Assembly: GCA_963752155.1 (NCBI GenBank)
Contig: CAVVXH010000015.1
Coordinates: 119,040 to 183,039 of the forward strand
Source: an uncultured Parachlamydiaceae bacterium
GTDB lineage: Bacteria; Chlamydiota; Chlamydiia; Chlamydiales; Parachlamydiaceae
DNA length: 64,000 nt
Direction: 5' to 3'
Shown: positions 50,289-60,576 of the stretch, piece by piece
Layout of the letters: each line of letters opens with the position of its first letter
Numbering within the stretch: the first letter of the stretch is position 1
The notes under the pieces: generated by a model
What the model saw: only the letters and a program-made list of their open reading frames with translations
Databases searched by the model: none
Told to the model about the DNA's origin: nothing
Position numbers and translations under genes: made by a program

Positions 50289-50912
50289 TTAACCCATATC
50301 TTTTTCTTTTAATTCTTGCAATAATTCATTAACCAAAAAATCTGGTTCAATTGAGGGGGAATGAATTTTATCATTTTCTGGAAGTGCATCTAAAACTTTC
50401 TCCCAGTAAAGCTTTTTTTCATTATCATTTTTTAATGAATACAAATTACATAAAAGATTAATACCATCAAAATAAGGAATCTTGCTTATTGCTTGCATAA
50501 CCAATTCTATCGCTTTGTCATAAGAAATTGGTGGAGTGCCAGGACAAACAGAACAACGGGCCAACTCAATTAGTAAGCCAGGCGGCGGCTCTTGACATTT
50601 ATCAAAAGATTTTTTAAAACAATCGTATCTTTCTTCATGTTGAGATGTAATGTAAAATCCCATGCCAAGTAAAGCATCATTTTTCCAAGATTTATCCCAT
50701 TCTAGCTGGTATCTAGATCGAAGTTGCTTTAATAGCTCAACGGCACAGTATTGGAGTTCATCATCCCAATTTTCATTATATAATAAATGATATGCCAAAC
50801 GGAGGCCATCATTAAAAGATAGGGATTTAGAAATTTCTTCTAAAGGAAATAATTCAATAAGTTGCTTATATAATCGATTTTTGAACAAATCCACCAATTG
50901 GTTTTTTTTCAC
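50289..50912 (-). CDS. Hypothetical helical protein, possible orphan immunity gene
   Basis: GTG 50912 overlaps the TGA of an upstream truncated frame; lies between the direct repeats. Confidence 0.65.
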   Translation of the reverse strand: MKKNQLVDLFKNRLYKQLIELFPLEEISKSLSFNDGLRLAYHLLYNENWDDELQYCAVELLKQLRSRYQLEWDKSWKNDALLGMGFYITSQHEERYDCFKKSFDKCQEPPPGLLIELARCSVCPGTPPISYDKAIELVMQAISKIPYFDGINLLCNLYSLKNDNEKKLYWEKVLDALPENDKIHSPSIEPDFLVNELLQELKEKDMG

Positions 50913-50957
50913 TGAACAACCCATGCATCTTTAATAAAGGTTAATCCTGTATCTAAA

Positions 50958-51130
50958 AAGGAGCCTATCAACTGCACTATGATTTCTGTTCTCATTTTGA
51001 AGCAAGTTGCGAAGGGTGCCCTTTTGTTGAACGTTATAAACAGCATTGTACCGTACCTGTACAGCCTTGATCGAGTAGGGGGTAGCGTAGGCTCGATCAA
51101 ACAAGATATACCAGGCTCAGTCATAAACTT
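50958..51130 (+). repeat. Direct repeat copy 2 (173 bp)
   Basis: Copy of 50074-50247, ending where family H begins. Confidence 0.95.
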
Positions 51131-51592
51131 CTAATTAAGTATGCACCCCTGATTATAACATCCAAAAACTTTTTGGAGCCCTCAGCGACCAGCGGCGCGC
51201 TAATATCAAGAAGTAAACTCAAAAGCTTACTCAGAAGTGCTGTGGGCTCTGCCACAGCGCGTGAAAAAGGTTTACTCATAAAGTATGCAATTAAAAATTA
51301 TAGGATGTTGTCTCGCTTTATGACAGGCCTCCTACTCGTAGCTTCATTCCGACCATAGATGTATGTCAGAAAAGGATTTGTAAAACAACAAAACCTTTGC
51401 CAACCGAAAGGGAAATTTTTTTTAATTGCATGATTTATGATCTAAACCTTCTTCACGCGCTGTGGCAGAGCCCACAGCACTCCAAAAAGTTTTTGGATGT
51501 TATAATCAGGGGTACATACTTCATACTTGATTAGAAGTCACATATTTTGGATCCGGAAATGGGGGAGGAAGAAATGGCAAGGCTATTTTCAA
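51128..51592. repeat. Family H large palindromic element
   Basis: Arms with AAGTATGCACCCCTGATTATAACATCCAAAAACTTTTTGGAG and GCTGTGGGCTCTGCCACAGC; second copy at 61565-61970. Confidence 0.92.
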
Positions 51593-51746
51593 GATTAGAG
51601 CCTCTTGGTTCTAGGTTCTACAATCTTTTTAGCTATTACGATTTCACGCAGATTTAATTGCACTTATCAATTGACGAGAATTCATCCACAATGATAAATT
51701 GAACAATTTGAAGCTCTAGCATAACACATTAACACAAAGGTGTAAC

Positions 51747-52253
51747 ATGAAATCTTGTCTTAAATCTATTTCCCTTCTTTTTGTAATTGGAATTGGTATT
51801 TTAACTTCATGCGGAACTGCTAAAACAATCGTTTACGATCCAGTAGTCATTCCAGGTCACGTCAATCAAGTCCAAATTGCCCGAGGCTCAGACACTGTCC
51901 CTGTATCCGAAAACATTAAGTCTATATTTGAAAAACAGCTCAAAAAAAATCTTTATGCAGATGGCATTATCCAGAGTGGTCCAGGCGGAATCAGTCTACA
52001 ATATCGCTTTATTCAATATAGCGAAGGAAACCGATTTGCTCGTTATATGTTAGGAGGGATTGGAAATACCGGAGAGGCATCTCTAACAGTAGAAGTCATT
52101 TATTTTGGATGTGATGGAACAGAACTCGGTAAAATTCACACAGAAGGTAAAATTTCGAGTGGTGCATTCGGTGGATCTTCAGATGAGGCTATTAAGAAAG
52201 CTGCCGAAGAAATTGCACATTATACACGTAATTCGATTTTGAACGGCAACTAA
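51747..52253 (+). CDS. Lipoprotein, DUF4410-like
   Basis: Lipobox LTSC; EGNRFARYMLG...G.ASLTVEV. Confidence 0.7.
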   Translation: MKSCLKSISLLFVIGIGILTSCGTAKTIVYDPVVIPGHVNQVQIARGSDTVPVSENIKSIFEKQLKKNLYADGIIQSGPGGISLQYRFIQYSEGNRFARYMLGGIGNTGEASLTVEVIYFGCDGTELGKIHTEGKISSGAFGGSSDEAIKKAAEEIAHYTRNSILNGN

Positions 52254-52430
52254 TTAAGAATATTTCAGAAACTGCAAGGATGGGCACCCTGCTCTCCTTG
52301 TACCAATCCCCTCGTTACACGAAAAGTGTCATCTTATAAACTAAAACTACATATAAAAATTATTTTATGTTAACTTAAAGATGACAGAGTGCAATTTCTC
52401 GTACGAGCACGAAAAATTAAAGGAGGGCTT

Positions 52431-52880
52431 ATGGGCAACATATCAAATGGTAACGGCCAAGAACCTAAAAGCTTTGAGCAACTGTTTGAAGAAATGAATG
52501 ACCTACTGGATTTTGTCATTCAGAAAATTGAATCCCCAGATCCGGAACTTGTGAAAAAGTTTGATCAAGTACCTGCCGATTTAGGTCAAAAGTTTGCAAA
52601 ACTTGAAAATGATGTGAATGCATTTATTCAACTAAATGCTGAGACCATCGAGAAAGAATCAGCCCTCGGCAAAATCAATGCGACCGGCTCCTTAGATCAT
52701 TTGACTAAGAGAGAATTAAAATGCCTAGAACGTTCCAAGAAATTAGTCAAAAAAGCTGAAGAAATCCAAAAAACCATTCCAAAAGAACCTTTACCTATTT
52801 CTACCAAAGTTCAAGATGCCGAAAAAGATCACAAAAAGCATTTTAAACGAATTCGTCGAGGACAAACATGGAAGTTATGA
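52431..52880 (+). CDS. Hypothetical helical protein
   Basis: RBS AAGGAGG; directly upstream of the next gene. Confidence 0.75.
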   Translation: MGNISNGNGQEPKSFEQLFEEMNDLLDFVIQKIESPDPELVKKFDQVPADLGQKFAKLENDVNAFIQLNAETIEKESALGKINATGSLDHLTKRELKCLERSKKLVKKAEEIQKTIPKEPLPISTKVQDAEKDHKKHFKRIRRGQTWKL

Positions 52881-52889
52881 GGAATTCCC

Positions 52890-55847
52890 ATGTATAAGTC
52901 AAATGAATTTATAAAAAATGTCGAACGTTGGATGCTATTTTGTCCGGAAGCAATTGAACTGCTTCAGTTGAATCCTACCCAAAATGATCTTGGTCCTTCT
53001 AAAGTCGAAGCGGCAGAATGGGCAAGCAAACTCGATTATCATTCATTTAAATTATTATATGTCTATGGAATTGGAACCTACGCCCCCTACTCGAGTTTGA
53101 AAGAATGGTGCAAACAAAAAGATCATTTCTTAGTCATCCTTGAAGATAATCTAGAGGCGATTGCACATTTTTTTAAGACAGAAGAAGCTGCAGAGCTTTT
53201 ATATGCTGAAAATATATGGCTCTACTATCTCGACCCCACTCATGCGGCCATTCAAGAGATTACTAAACTGTTTCCCGAAATTCCATACACCTGTGCAACA
53301 CTCTATTCGGAAGAAAGCAAGCTCAAGACTTTCAAAGACATTATCGCAAAAATAAATTTCTATACGCATTATTACAATACCTTTGTAACCGAACAAAGTT
53401 CCTATGGAATCACCTTTTATCATAATTTTTTTTCAAATCTTTTTCTTTGGCCTACCGTTTTTTCGGGCGATGCTCTGTTTGAAAAATTCAATGGAATTCC
53501 GGCCATTATTTGTGGAGCCGGCCCTTCACTTGCCAAAAATATTGAAGTCTTAAAGACATTGAAAGAAAAGGCTTTGATTTTTGCTGGTGGCACAGCCCTA
53601 AATGCGTTGAATAGCGCTGGAATGAATCCACACTTTGGTGTGGGGATTGACCCAAATCCAGAACAAGTCACTCGCATCATAATGAATTCAGGCTTTGAAG
53701 TTCCTTTTCTGTATAGAAGTCGGATGAATCGCGAGGCTTTAAACTTAGTGCACAATGACAAATTCTACGTTTCTGGGGCAAATGGATATGAGATCCCCAA
53801 ATATTTTGAAGAAAAGTGTGGCATCGAAAGCCACGTGATTGATGAAGGATGTAACGTTATCAATTTTAGCTTAAGCTTAGCTTTTGCTATGGGGTGCAAT
53901 CCTATTTTTGTTGTTGGGGTCGATTTAGCCTATAGTAACGATCAATCCTATGCCCCAGGAATGCAACATCATCCCATTCATCGTCATTTCCGTACCAAAT
54001 ATGAAACGGATGAGCTCATTTATCGCAATGATATTTATGGAAATTCGGTTCCTACTTTATGGAAATGGGTGACAGAATCGATATGGTTTTCAAATTTTGC
54101 AACTATGCATCCTACAATTAAATTCATCAATTGTACCGAAGGTGGAATTGGCTTTATAAATGTTCCCAACATGCCACTTTCTGAAGCAGCGGAACAATTT
54201 CTTTCTCAACAACATGGAGTAGGATGTCGAATTTACGGTGCCATCGCACAAAGTAAAATGAATCCTTTGGCAACGAAAGAACATCTATACACTTTATTTG
54301 ATGAGATGGGTTCTAGTTTAACTGAAACAGAAGTAGAACTACAACAGTATGGTGAGGAGCTCATCAAAATAAAAGAGGCCTTTAACTTTAAAGACGCACC
54401 TCCTACAAATGAAGAATTTAAGAAAAACCTCCAAGAAAAATTGAAGGAGATCCTTCAAGACAAAAAATGTTATCCTTATCTTTTGGAGGGTCTAAATCTA
54501 AATTTTGAAGCAGCAAAACAACGTCAATTTCAACGCTTAATTCTTGACTACAATTTGTTAAAACCGATCGAATGGCAATTACACCTACTAGAGCTTGAAC
54601 AGGCTCGGATTCTTTATTTGCAAAAAGGCGCTTCCGTTCTCAATATTTTGATGCAGCAGGTCACGCATGAAAGAAAAATCAAAGATCGAAGTGATGCTCT
54701 TCAGATCAACAACCCAATAGATCCTCCTACAATTCTAGGCACCTATTCATTTGAAAACAATTTGTTGGTCATGCATGACCCTGAATGCGGTCTAAATATT
54801 TCAGAAGAATTTATTCCTGATCCGGCCTCAGGAGTTTATAAACTTACAGATGATGAAGGACATGTTACGTTTGAATCCTACCGAAAAGAGGGTCGATTAC
54901 ATGGTCCTACACGCTATTATGGACGGAACCATTTTTTAGCTGCTGAACATTGGTATTTAGAAGGAAAGCAAGTTGGAAAGGCAGTCTATTACTTCTCACC
55001 GCATGCTGTACATGCTATATTGCGGTTTAAGGACGGTCTACAAGAAGGGAGACAAGACTATTACTATGATGATCAAACGCCCAAGATGATTATCGAAAAT
55101 TATTCCAAAGGTCTTCTTGACGGCACAGTTTATCTTTTTCATCCTAACGGGCTACTCGCCCGCAAATTGCAATTTAAGGAAGGAAAACGAGAAGGGACAG
55201 AATTGCTTTGGAGTGCGTACGGAATTTTGATCATGGAAGCAAACTTTTCAAAAGGTAAACCTATAGGGATCTCCAAAGTATGGTCAGCAGAGGGTAAATT
55301 AATTCAAGAGATCTTCTATAATGAGGCTTCAGAAATAGTGAACAGCGTCCAGTGGGATCAACTAGGCAATCTTACAAAGAAAGAACAGGGTCCTAAAAGG
55401 GATTATTTCCAAGAAGTTGCGACGAATACTCAAGTTCTAACACAAAATCTATCACAGCTTCACAAAGAAATGTTAGGTTTAAAACCGTTATTAGAAGGGA
55501 TGCATAGAGATTATTCTGATTCAAATGATGTAACGCTGTTTATTCAAGAATTAGCTGGAATTGGAGAGGCAATCAAAGGTCTTCAGGAAACCAATGAGAA
55601 GCTGCTTCATGAATCGGGCTTTCATCTTAAAAACCAAGGAGAAACATTTTGGAAAACATCTTCGCTGCAAAAGGAAGTTCAAGCTAAGTTAGAAAATGCC
55701 AGCAAACAGATGCAAGCAGACCTGGCAATATTGAATGAGAATTTATACAAAACAATCTTTGAATTATCTAGAAAGTCAAAGGACGGCAAGGACGACAAGG
55801 ACAGCAAGGACGAAAAGGACAACAAGGACGACAAGCAAGGACTATAA
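52890..55847 (+). CDS. Maf/DUF115 (MptE-like) domain fused to MORN-variant repeats
   Basis: PAIICGAGPSL.KN, GIDP, MGCNPI..VGVDLAY, INCTEGG; repeats such as GRLHG, GLQEG, GLLDG, GKREG. Confidence 0.82.
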   Translation: MYKSNEFIKNVERWMLFCPEAIELLQLNPTQNDLGPSKVEAAEWASKLDYHSFKLLYVYGIGTYAPYSSLKEWCKQKDHFLVILEDNLEAIAHFFKTEEAAELLYAENIWLYYLDPTHAAIQEITKLFPEIPYTCATLYSEESKLKTFKDIIAKINFYTHYYNTFVTEQSSYGITFYHNFFSNLFLWPTVFSGDALFEKFNGIPAIICGAGPSLAKNIEVLKTLKEKALIFAGGTALNALNSAGMNPHFGVGIDPNPEQVTRIIMNSGFEVPFLYRSRMNREALNLVHNDKFYVSGANGYEIPKYFEEKCGIESHVIDEGCNVINFSLSLAFAMGCNPIFVVGVDLAYSNDQSYAPGMQHHPIHRHFRTKYETDELIYRNDIYGNSVPTLWKWVTESIWFSNFATMHPTIKFINCTEGGIGFINVPNMPLSEAAEQFLSQQHGVGCRIYGAIAQSKMNPLATKEHLYTLFDEMGSSLTETEVELQQYGEELIKIKEAFNFKDAPPTNEEFKKNLQEKLKEILQDKKCYPYLLEGLNLNFEAAKQRQFQRLILDYNLLKPIEWQLHLLELEQARILYLQKGASVLNILMQQVTHERKIKDRSDALQINNPIDPPTILGTYSFENNLLVMHDPECGLNISEEFIPDPASGVYKLTDDEGHVTFESYRKEGRLHGPTRYYGRNHFLAAEHWYLEGKQVGKAVYYFSPHAVHAILRFKDGLQEGRQDYYYDDQTPKMIIENYSKGLLDGTVYLFHPNGLLARKLQFKEGKREGTELLWSAYGILIMEANFSKGKPIGISKVWSAEGKLIQEIFYNEASEIVNSVQWDQLGNLTKKEQGPKRDYFQEVATNTQVLTQNLSQLHKEMLGLKPLLEGMHRDYSDSNDVTLFIQELAGIGEAIKGLQETNEKLLHESGFHLKNQGETFWKTSSLQKEVQAKLENASKQMQADLAILNENLYKTIFELSRKSKDGKDDKDSKDEKDNKDDKQGL

Positions 55848-55941
55848 ACACACATAAACGACAGGGACGCCAAAAAATTTATTTGTTATTGTTTGTCCTT
55901 GCTTGTTGTCCTTGCTGTCCTTGTTGTCCTTGCTGTCCTTT
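55777..55941. repeat. Family E inverted 9-nt arrays
   Basis: Forward units inside the CDS end, reverse units at 55894-55941. Confidence 0.9.
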
Positions 55942-55995
55942 CATGATCGCTGAAAATCCTTCGCAAGATTTTAAGTAATCTGGCATAAAGCAAAC

Positions 55996-57672
55996 ATGGA
56001 TCATAATCTCAAAATTGTACTCATTTTCACCATTGGTTTTGCTCTAGCAACTTTCTTTGCTTACATTACGCAACGCTTAAAACTTTCTCCCATTTTAGGA
56101 TATTTATTAGCCGGTTTTATCATTGGACCTTATTCTCCAGGTTATACCGCCGACCCTGAAATTGCTGAACAGCTTGCTGAAATTGGAGTTATTTTAATGT
56201 TATTTGGAGTAGGACTCCATTTTAAAATAGAAGATCTCCTAAAAGTCAAAAATGTAGCCATTCCTGGAGCCTTTGTTCAGACAACCATCTCCACAATTGT
56301 CACGATGTACATTGTTTATTTAGCAGGCTGGCCCTTGGAAATGGGCTTGATTATTGGTCTAGCTATTGGAGTTGCAAGTACTGTCGTTTTAATGCGGATG
56401 CTCACGGACAACAACATCCTTAATACCCAAGAAGGGCACATTGCTATCGGTTGGTTAATCGTCGAAGACATTTTTACAGTCTTCATTCTGATCTTAATCC
56501 CAACGCTCGTCACTTTTGTGAGTGGATCAAATTTTTCTTGGACGGGCTTAGTCGGTTCTATCAGTACAGCAATTGTTAAATTTTTCATCCTAGCATTAGT
56601 CATGTTCACATGGGGACAAAAATTCGTTTCTTATATCTTGACAAACATCGTGAGACTCCACTCTCAAGAAATGTTTACCTTAGCAGTCATTTCGCTAGTC
56701 TTTATAATTGCTACAGGTTCAGCAGTCATCTTTGGAACATCTATTGCCTTGGGAGCCTTTATTGCTGGAATGGTCATCGGAAAAACGCATGTAAAACATC
56801 AAGCTGCCGCTAATGCTCTCCCGCTTAAAGACATCTTTGGAATCGTCTTTTTTCTTTCTGTGGGTATGATTTTTAATCCCATAGGAATAACAAGTAATTA
56901 TTCCCTCTTTATCGGATTACTTTTAGTAGTCATCTTGGTTAAACCTCTGACAGCTTATTTCATCACAGCATTTCTTGGCTATCCGATAAGGACAGCTTTA
57001 ATCATTGCTATAGGACTTGCACAAATTGGTGAATTTTCATTCATTCTGGCAGAACAAGCCTTGAAATTTCATTTGCTTACCGATGAAGGCTATGATTTTC
57101 TTGTAGCTTGCGCGCTGATTTCGATCTCCCTAAACCCATTGCTCTTTAATAGTGTAAACGCTATAGAAAGGTTCCTTAAAAAAATCCCTTTTCTTAATGC
57201 GTTCGAAAAGAGAATTACAAAGAATCTACAAACGAATCATAATATTGATTTAAACGCAGTTATTATTGGATATGGTCAAATAGGTAAAGCAACTACCAAA
57301 ATTTTAGGAGAATATGGATTTGTACCTACAATCATTGAAAACAATATCGACATCGTCTCACATAAACAAGAGGATGAAAATATTATTTATGGTGAAGCAA
57401 CAGAACCAAACATTTTAAAAGAAGCACAACTAGAGAAAGCCAGCCATCTACTTATCACCATTTCCGATAGTTCGAAAACAATAGCAATCATCCATATAGC
57501 CCGTCAAATAAATCCTACGATAGAAATTATCGCCCGAGCTCAATTCACAGCCGAAGAACCTTTAATGGACAAATTAAGAGTCCATTATGTCTGCACCGAA
57601 AGAACAGCTATAAGGGACTTCACGATCTTAACACGTAGGATTTTTCATAGAAAAAGGGAACAATTCCTGTAA
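55996..57672 (+). CDS. CPA2 cation:proton antiporter with TrkA-N domain (YbaL/KefB-like)
   Basis: LAEIGVILMLFGVGLHF, ASTVV, FFLSVGM, LAQIGEFSF, IIGYGQIG. Confidence 0.93.
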   Translation: MDHNLKIVLIFTIGFALATFFAYITQRLKLSPILGYLLAGFIIGPYSPGYTADPEIAEQLAEIGVILMLFGVGLHFKIEDLLKVKNVAIPGAFVQTTISTIVTMYIVYLAGWPLEMGLIIGLAIGVASTVVLMRMLTDNNILNTQEGHIAIGWLIVEDIFTVFILILIPTLVTFVSGSNFSWTGLVGSISTAIVKFFILALVMFTWGQKFVSYILTNIVRLHSQEMFTLAVISLVFIIATGSAVIFGTSIALGAFIAGMVIGKTHVKHQAAANALPLKDIFGIVFFLSVGMIFNPIGITSNYSLFIGLLLVVILVKPLTAYFITAFLGYPIRTALIIAIGLAQIGEFSFILAEQALKFHLLTDEGYDFLVACALISISLNPLLFNSVNAIERFLKKIPFLNAFEKRITKNLQTNHNIDLNAVIIGYGQIGKATTKILGEYGFVPTIIENNIDIVSHKQEDENIIYGEATEPNILKEAQLEKASHLLITISDSSKTIAIIHIARQINPTIEIIARAQFTAEEPLMDKLRVHYVCTERTAIRDFTILTRRIFHRKREQFL

Positions 57673-57792
57673 AATTGTTCTGATTTCATATGCCCTGCCC
57701 TTGCCACTCTTTTATGTTGTCAATTTTTTTTTCAAATAGTAGAGTGAAAAAAAAAGCGACACACCCATCATAAGCATCAGAAAAGGAGAAGC

Positions 57793-58656
57793 ATGAACGA
57801 TCCTACAGCCATTCCTGCACCATTTCTTTGGAGACGCCTCCATTCGCTGACAGGACTATTTTTTGTGCTTTACCTCTTTGAACATCTACTCGTTAATTCT
57901 CAGGCTGCACTTTGGATCGGAGAAGACGGATCAGGATTTGTCGAAGCTGTCAATGCAATCCATCGACTTCCCTTCTTACCATTTATTGAAGTAGGTCTTT
58001 TAGGAATTCCCATTCTCCTCCACACCTTCTTGGGAGTACGCTACCTATTAACAGCCCAATCAAATAACATGCCCTCCGATGGTTCTAAACCATCCTTACC
58101 AAACTACTCCCGCAATCATGCCTACACTTGGCAACGGATCACTTCATGGATTTTACTTTTTGGACTTGCATTTCACGTCATTCATATGCGCTTTATAGAA
58201 TACCCAACTATCGTTAAAGAAGGTTCTGAACATTTCTATTTGATCAGACTTAATAACGATCCAGGATTAAAATCCCTTTCAAAGCGCCTAGACGTAGAGA
58301 TCTATAAAGCCAATCAAATCAATCCATCAAGCCAATGGTTTTCCGCATTGCAGAAAAAACCCCTACAACCTGAAGAAGTCATTGCCATCGCCCCCTCCTT
58401 TGGAACAGCCGAATTATTAATTGTTCGCGAGACCTTTAAAATGCCCCTCATGTTAGCGATCTATACTATCTTTGTATTAGCTGCTTGTTTTCATGGCTTC
58501 AATGGTTTATGGACTTTCATGATCTCATGGGGAATTAATTTGACTCAGCGCTCTCAAAGACTCATGTTAGGATTAAGCAACTTTTTGATGCTGTTAGTTG
58601 CATTTTTAGGATTGGCCGCCATTTGGGGCACTTATTGGATAAATCTAAAACAATAG
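57793..58656 (+). CDS. sdhC: Succinate dehydrogenase cytochrome b subunit
   Basis: RRLHSLTG, WQRIT, FHGFNGLWTF. Confidence 0.93.
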   Translation: MNDPTAIPAPFLWRRLHSLTGLFFVLYLFEHLLVNSQAALWIGEDGSGFVEAVNAIHRLPFLPFIEVGLLGIPILLHTFLGVRYLLTAQSNNMPSDGSKPSLPNYSRNHAYTWQRITSWILLFGLAFHVIHMRFIEYPTIVKEGSEHFYLIRLNNDPGLKSLSKRLDVEIYKANQINPSSQWFSALQKKPLQPEEVIAIAPSFGTAELLIVRETFKMPLMLAIYTIFVLAACFHGFNGLWTFMISWGINLTQRSQRLMLGLSNFLMLLVAFLGLAAIWGTYWINLKQ

Positions 58657-58665
58657 TACAGAAAA

Positions 58666-60564
58666 ATGGCGAATAAAACTGCTCAAAAAAAAGTGATTGT
58701 CATTGGTGGAGGCCTTGCAGGCCTCTCTGCTACCTTGAAATTAGCTGAACAAGGCTGCAAAGTACAATTGATCTCTGTCACAAAAGTCAAGCGTTCCCAT
58801 TCCGTCTGTGCACAAGGGGGAATTAACGCCGCCATCAATTCGATGGGTGAAGATGACTCCCCTCTTATCCACGCCTATGATACAATCAAAGGTGGAGATT
58901 TCCTCGCAAACCAACCTCCAGTTTTGGAAATGTGCTTAGCAGCCCCAAGCATCATCCACATGATGGATCGCTTTGGTTGCACTTTCAATAGAACTCCAGA
59001 AGGAAATCTCGATTTTAGACGCTTCGGAGGTACTCTTTACAACCGAACAGCTTTTTGCGGAGCTTCCACAGGGCAACAACTTCTCTACTCATTAGACGAA
59101 CAAGTGCGCCGTTACGAAAGTAAGGGGCTTGTGGAAAAATTCGAACACAATGAATTTCTGCGTCTTATAAAAGATGAAAATGGAATAACACGTGGTGCTA
59201 TCGTCCTCGATCTTTTCAACTTAAGACTCGATGTACTGAAGGCCGACGCCGTGGTCATTGCGACCGGAGGCCTAGGCGTTCTTTTTAAGAAATCTACAAA
59301 TTCGACCTTCTGCACTGGAGCAGCTAATGGACGTCTCTACAAGCAAGGGATGATCTACGCAAACGGAGAATTTATCCAAATTCACCCTACAGCAATACCA
59401 GGCACAGATAAAATGCGCCTAATGTCAGAATCTGCGCGGGGTGAAGGGGGGCGGTTATGGGTCTGGGGAGATCCCTCTAAATCTGTAATGGGCAATGACG
59501 GAACTTTATATCCTTGCGGTAAAGCAAACGAACCTTGGTACTTTTTGGAAGAACTTTACCCAGCATTTGGCAACTTAGTTCCGCGAGATATTGCAGCCAG
59601 GGAAATTCTACGTCTTTGTGAGATGGGCTTAGGGATCGACGGTAAATCAGAAGTCTTTCTGGATGTGTCTCAACTTTCCGAAGATAAGAAACAGAAACTA
59701 CAATCGATCTTAACCATTTATCAAAAATTCACCGGTGAAGACCCCCGTTCTCTCCCCATGAAAATTTTCCCGGCAGTCCATTATTCAATGGGTGGTGGCT
59801 GGGTCGACTGGCCAGCTGCGGATGATCCTGACCGCTGGACACGTTATCGACAAATGACGAATATTCCAGGATGCTTTAACGTAGGTGAATCTGATTATCA
59901 ATATCACGGAGCAAACCGTTTAGGGGCAAATTCGCTGCTCTCATGCATCTTTGGAGGACTCACAACAGGCAAAGAAGTTCCTCGCTACCTAGAATCTCTT
60001 GACATTTCCGGAGAAAATGTGAGTGAAAAAATCTTTGAAACAGCTCTGCAAGAAGAAGAAGCAATCCAGAAAGACCTTATGTCCAGAAATGGCCCTGAAA
60101 ACGTCCATGCTTTGCACGATGAACTCGCTGATTGGATGGTGACAAATGTGACCGTTAAACGCAATAATACCGACTTGCAACGCACCTACAATAAAATTGA
60201 AGAGCTGAAAGAACGTTATGAACGGATCACCTTAGACGATCATACACAATTTGCCAATCAAACGTATGTCTTTGCGCATCAGTTTGATGCCATGCTTTGT
60301 CTTGCTCAAGTCATCACCAAAGGGGCATTGCTACGCAACGAATTCCGCGGAGCACACTTCAAGCCTGAATTTGATAAACGGGACGATGAGAACTGGCTAA
60401 AAACGACACTCGCAACTTACGATCCTGCAACAGAAGAACCGATCATCACCTATGAAGAAATTGATGTACGACATTTAAAGCCTGTGATGCGAGACTATAC
60501 CACCGCCAAAAAAGTTAAACCTACATTGACGAATGTGCCTACAGCGGTTCAGTCTGTCATTTAA
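58666..60564 (+). CDS. sdhA: Succinate dehydrogenase flavoprotein
   Basis: GGGLAG, RSHSVCAQGGINAA, HYSMGG, HGANRLGANSL. Confidence 0.97.
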   Translation: MANKTAQKKVIVIGGGLAGLSATLKLAEQGCKVQLISVTKVKRSHSVCAQGGINAAINSMGEDDSPLIHAYDTIKGGDFLANQPPVLEMCLAAPSIIHMMDRFGCTFNRTPEGNLDFRRFGGTLYNRTAFCGASTGQQLLYSLDEQVRRYESKGLVEKFEHNEFLRLIKDENGITRGAIVLDLFNLRLDVLKADAVVIATGGLGVLFKKSTNSTFCTGAANGRLYKQGMIYANGEFIQIHPTAIPGTDKMRLMSESARGEGGRLWVWGDPSKSVMGNDGTLYPCGKANEPWYFLEELYPAFGNLVPRDIAAREILRLCEMGLGIDGKSEVFLDVSQLSEDKKQKLQSILTIYQKFTGEDPRSLPMKIFPAVHYSMGGGWVDWPAADDPDRWTRYRQMTNIPGCFNVGESDYQYHGANRLGANSLLSCIFGGLTTGKEVPRYLESLDISGENVSEKIFETALQEEEAIQKDLMSRNGPENVHALHDELADWMVTNVTVKRNNTDLQRTYNKIEELKERYERITLDDHTQFANQTYVFAHQFDAMLCLAQVITKGALLRNEFRGAHFKPEFDKRDDENWLKTTLATYDPATEEPIITYEEIDVRHLKPVMRDYTTAKKVKPTLTNVPTAVQSVI

Positions 60565-60576
60565 TGGAGTGTTGCC

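Noticed and set aside
50074..51130. Diversity-generating retroelement TR/VR pair
   Set aside because: Only one substitution and one indel between copies, and no reverse transcriptase in the window
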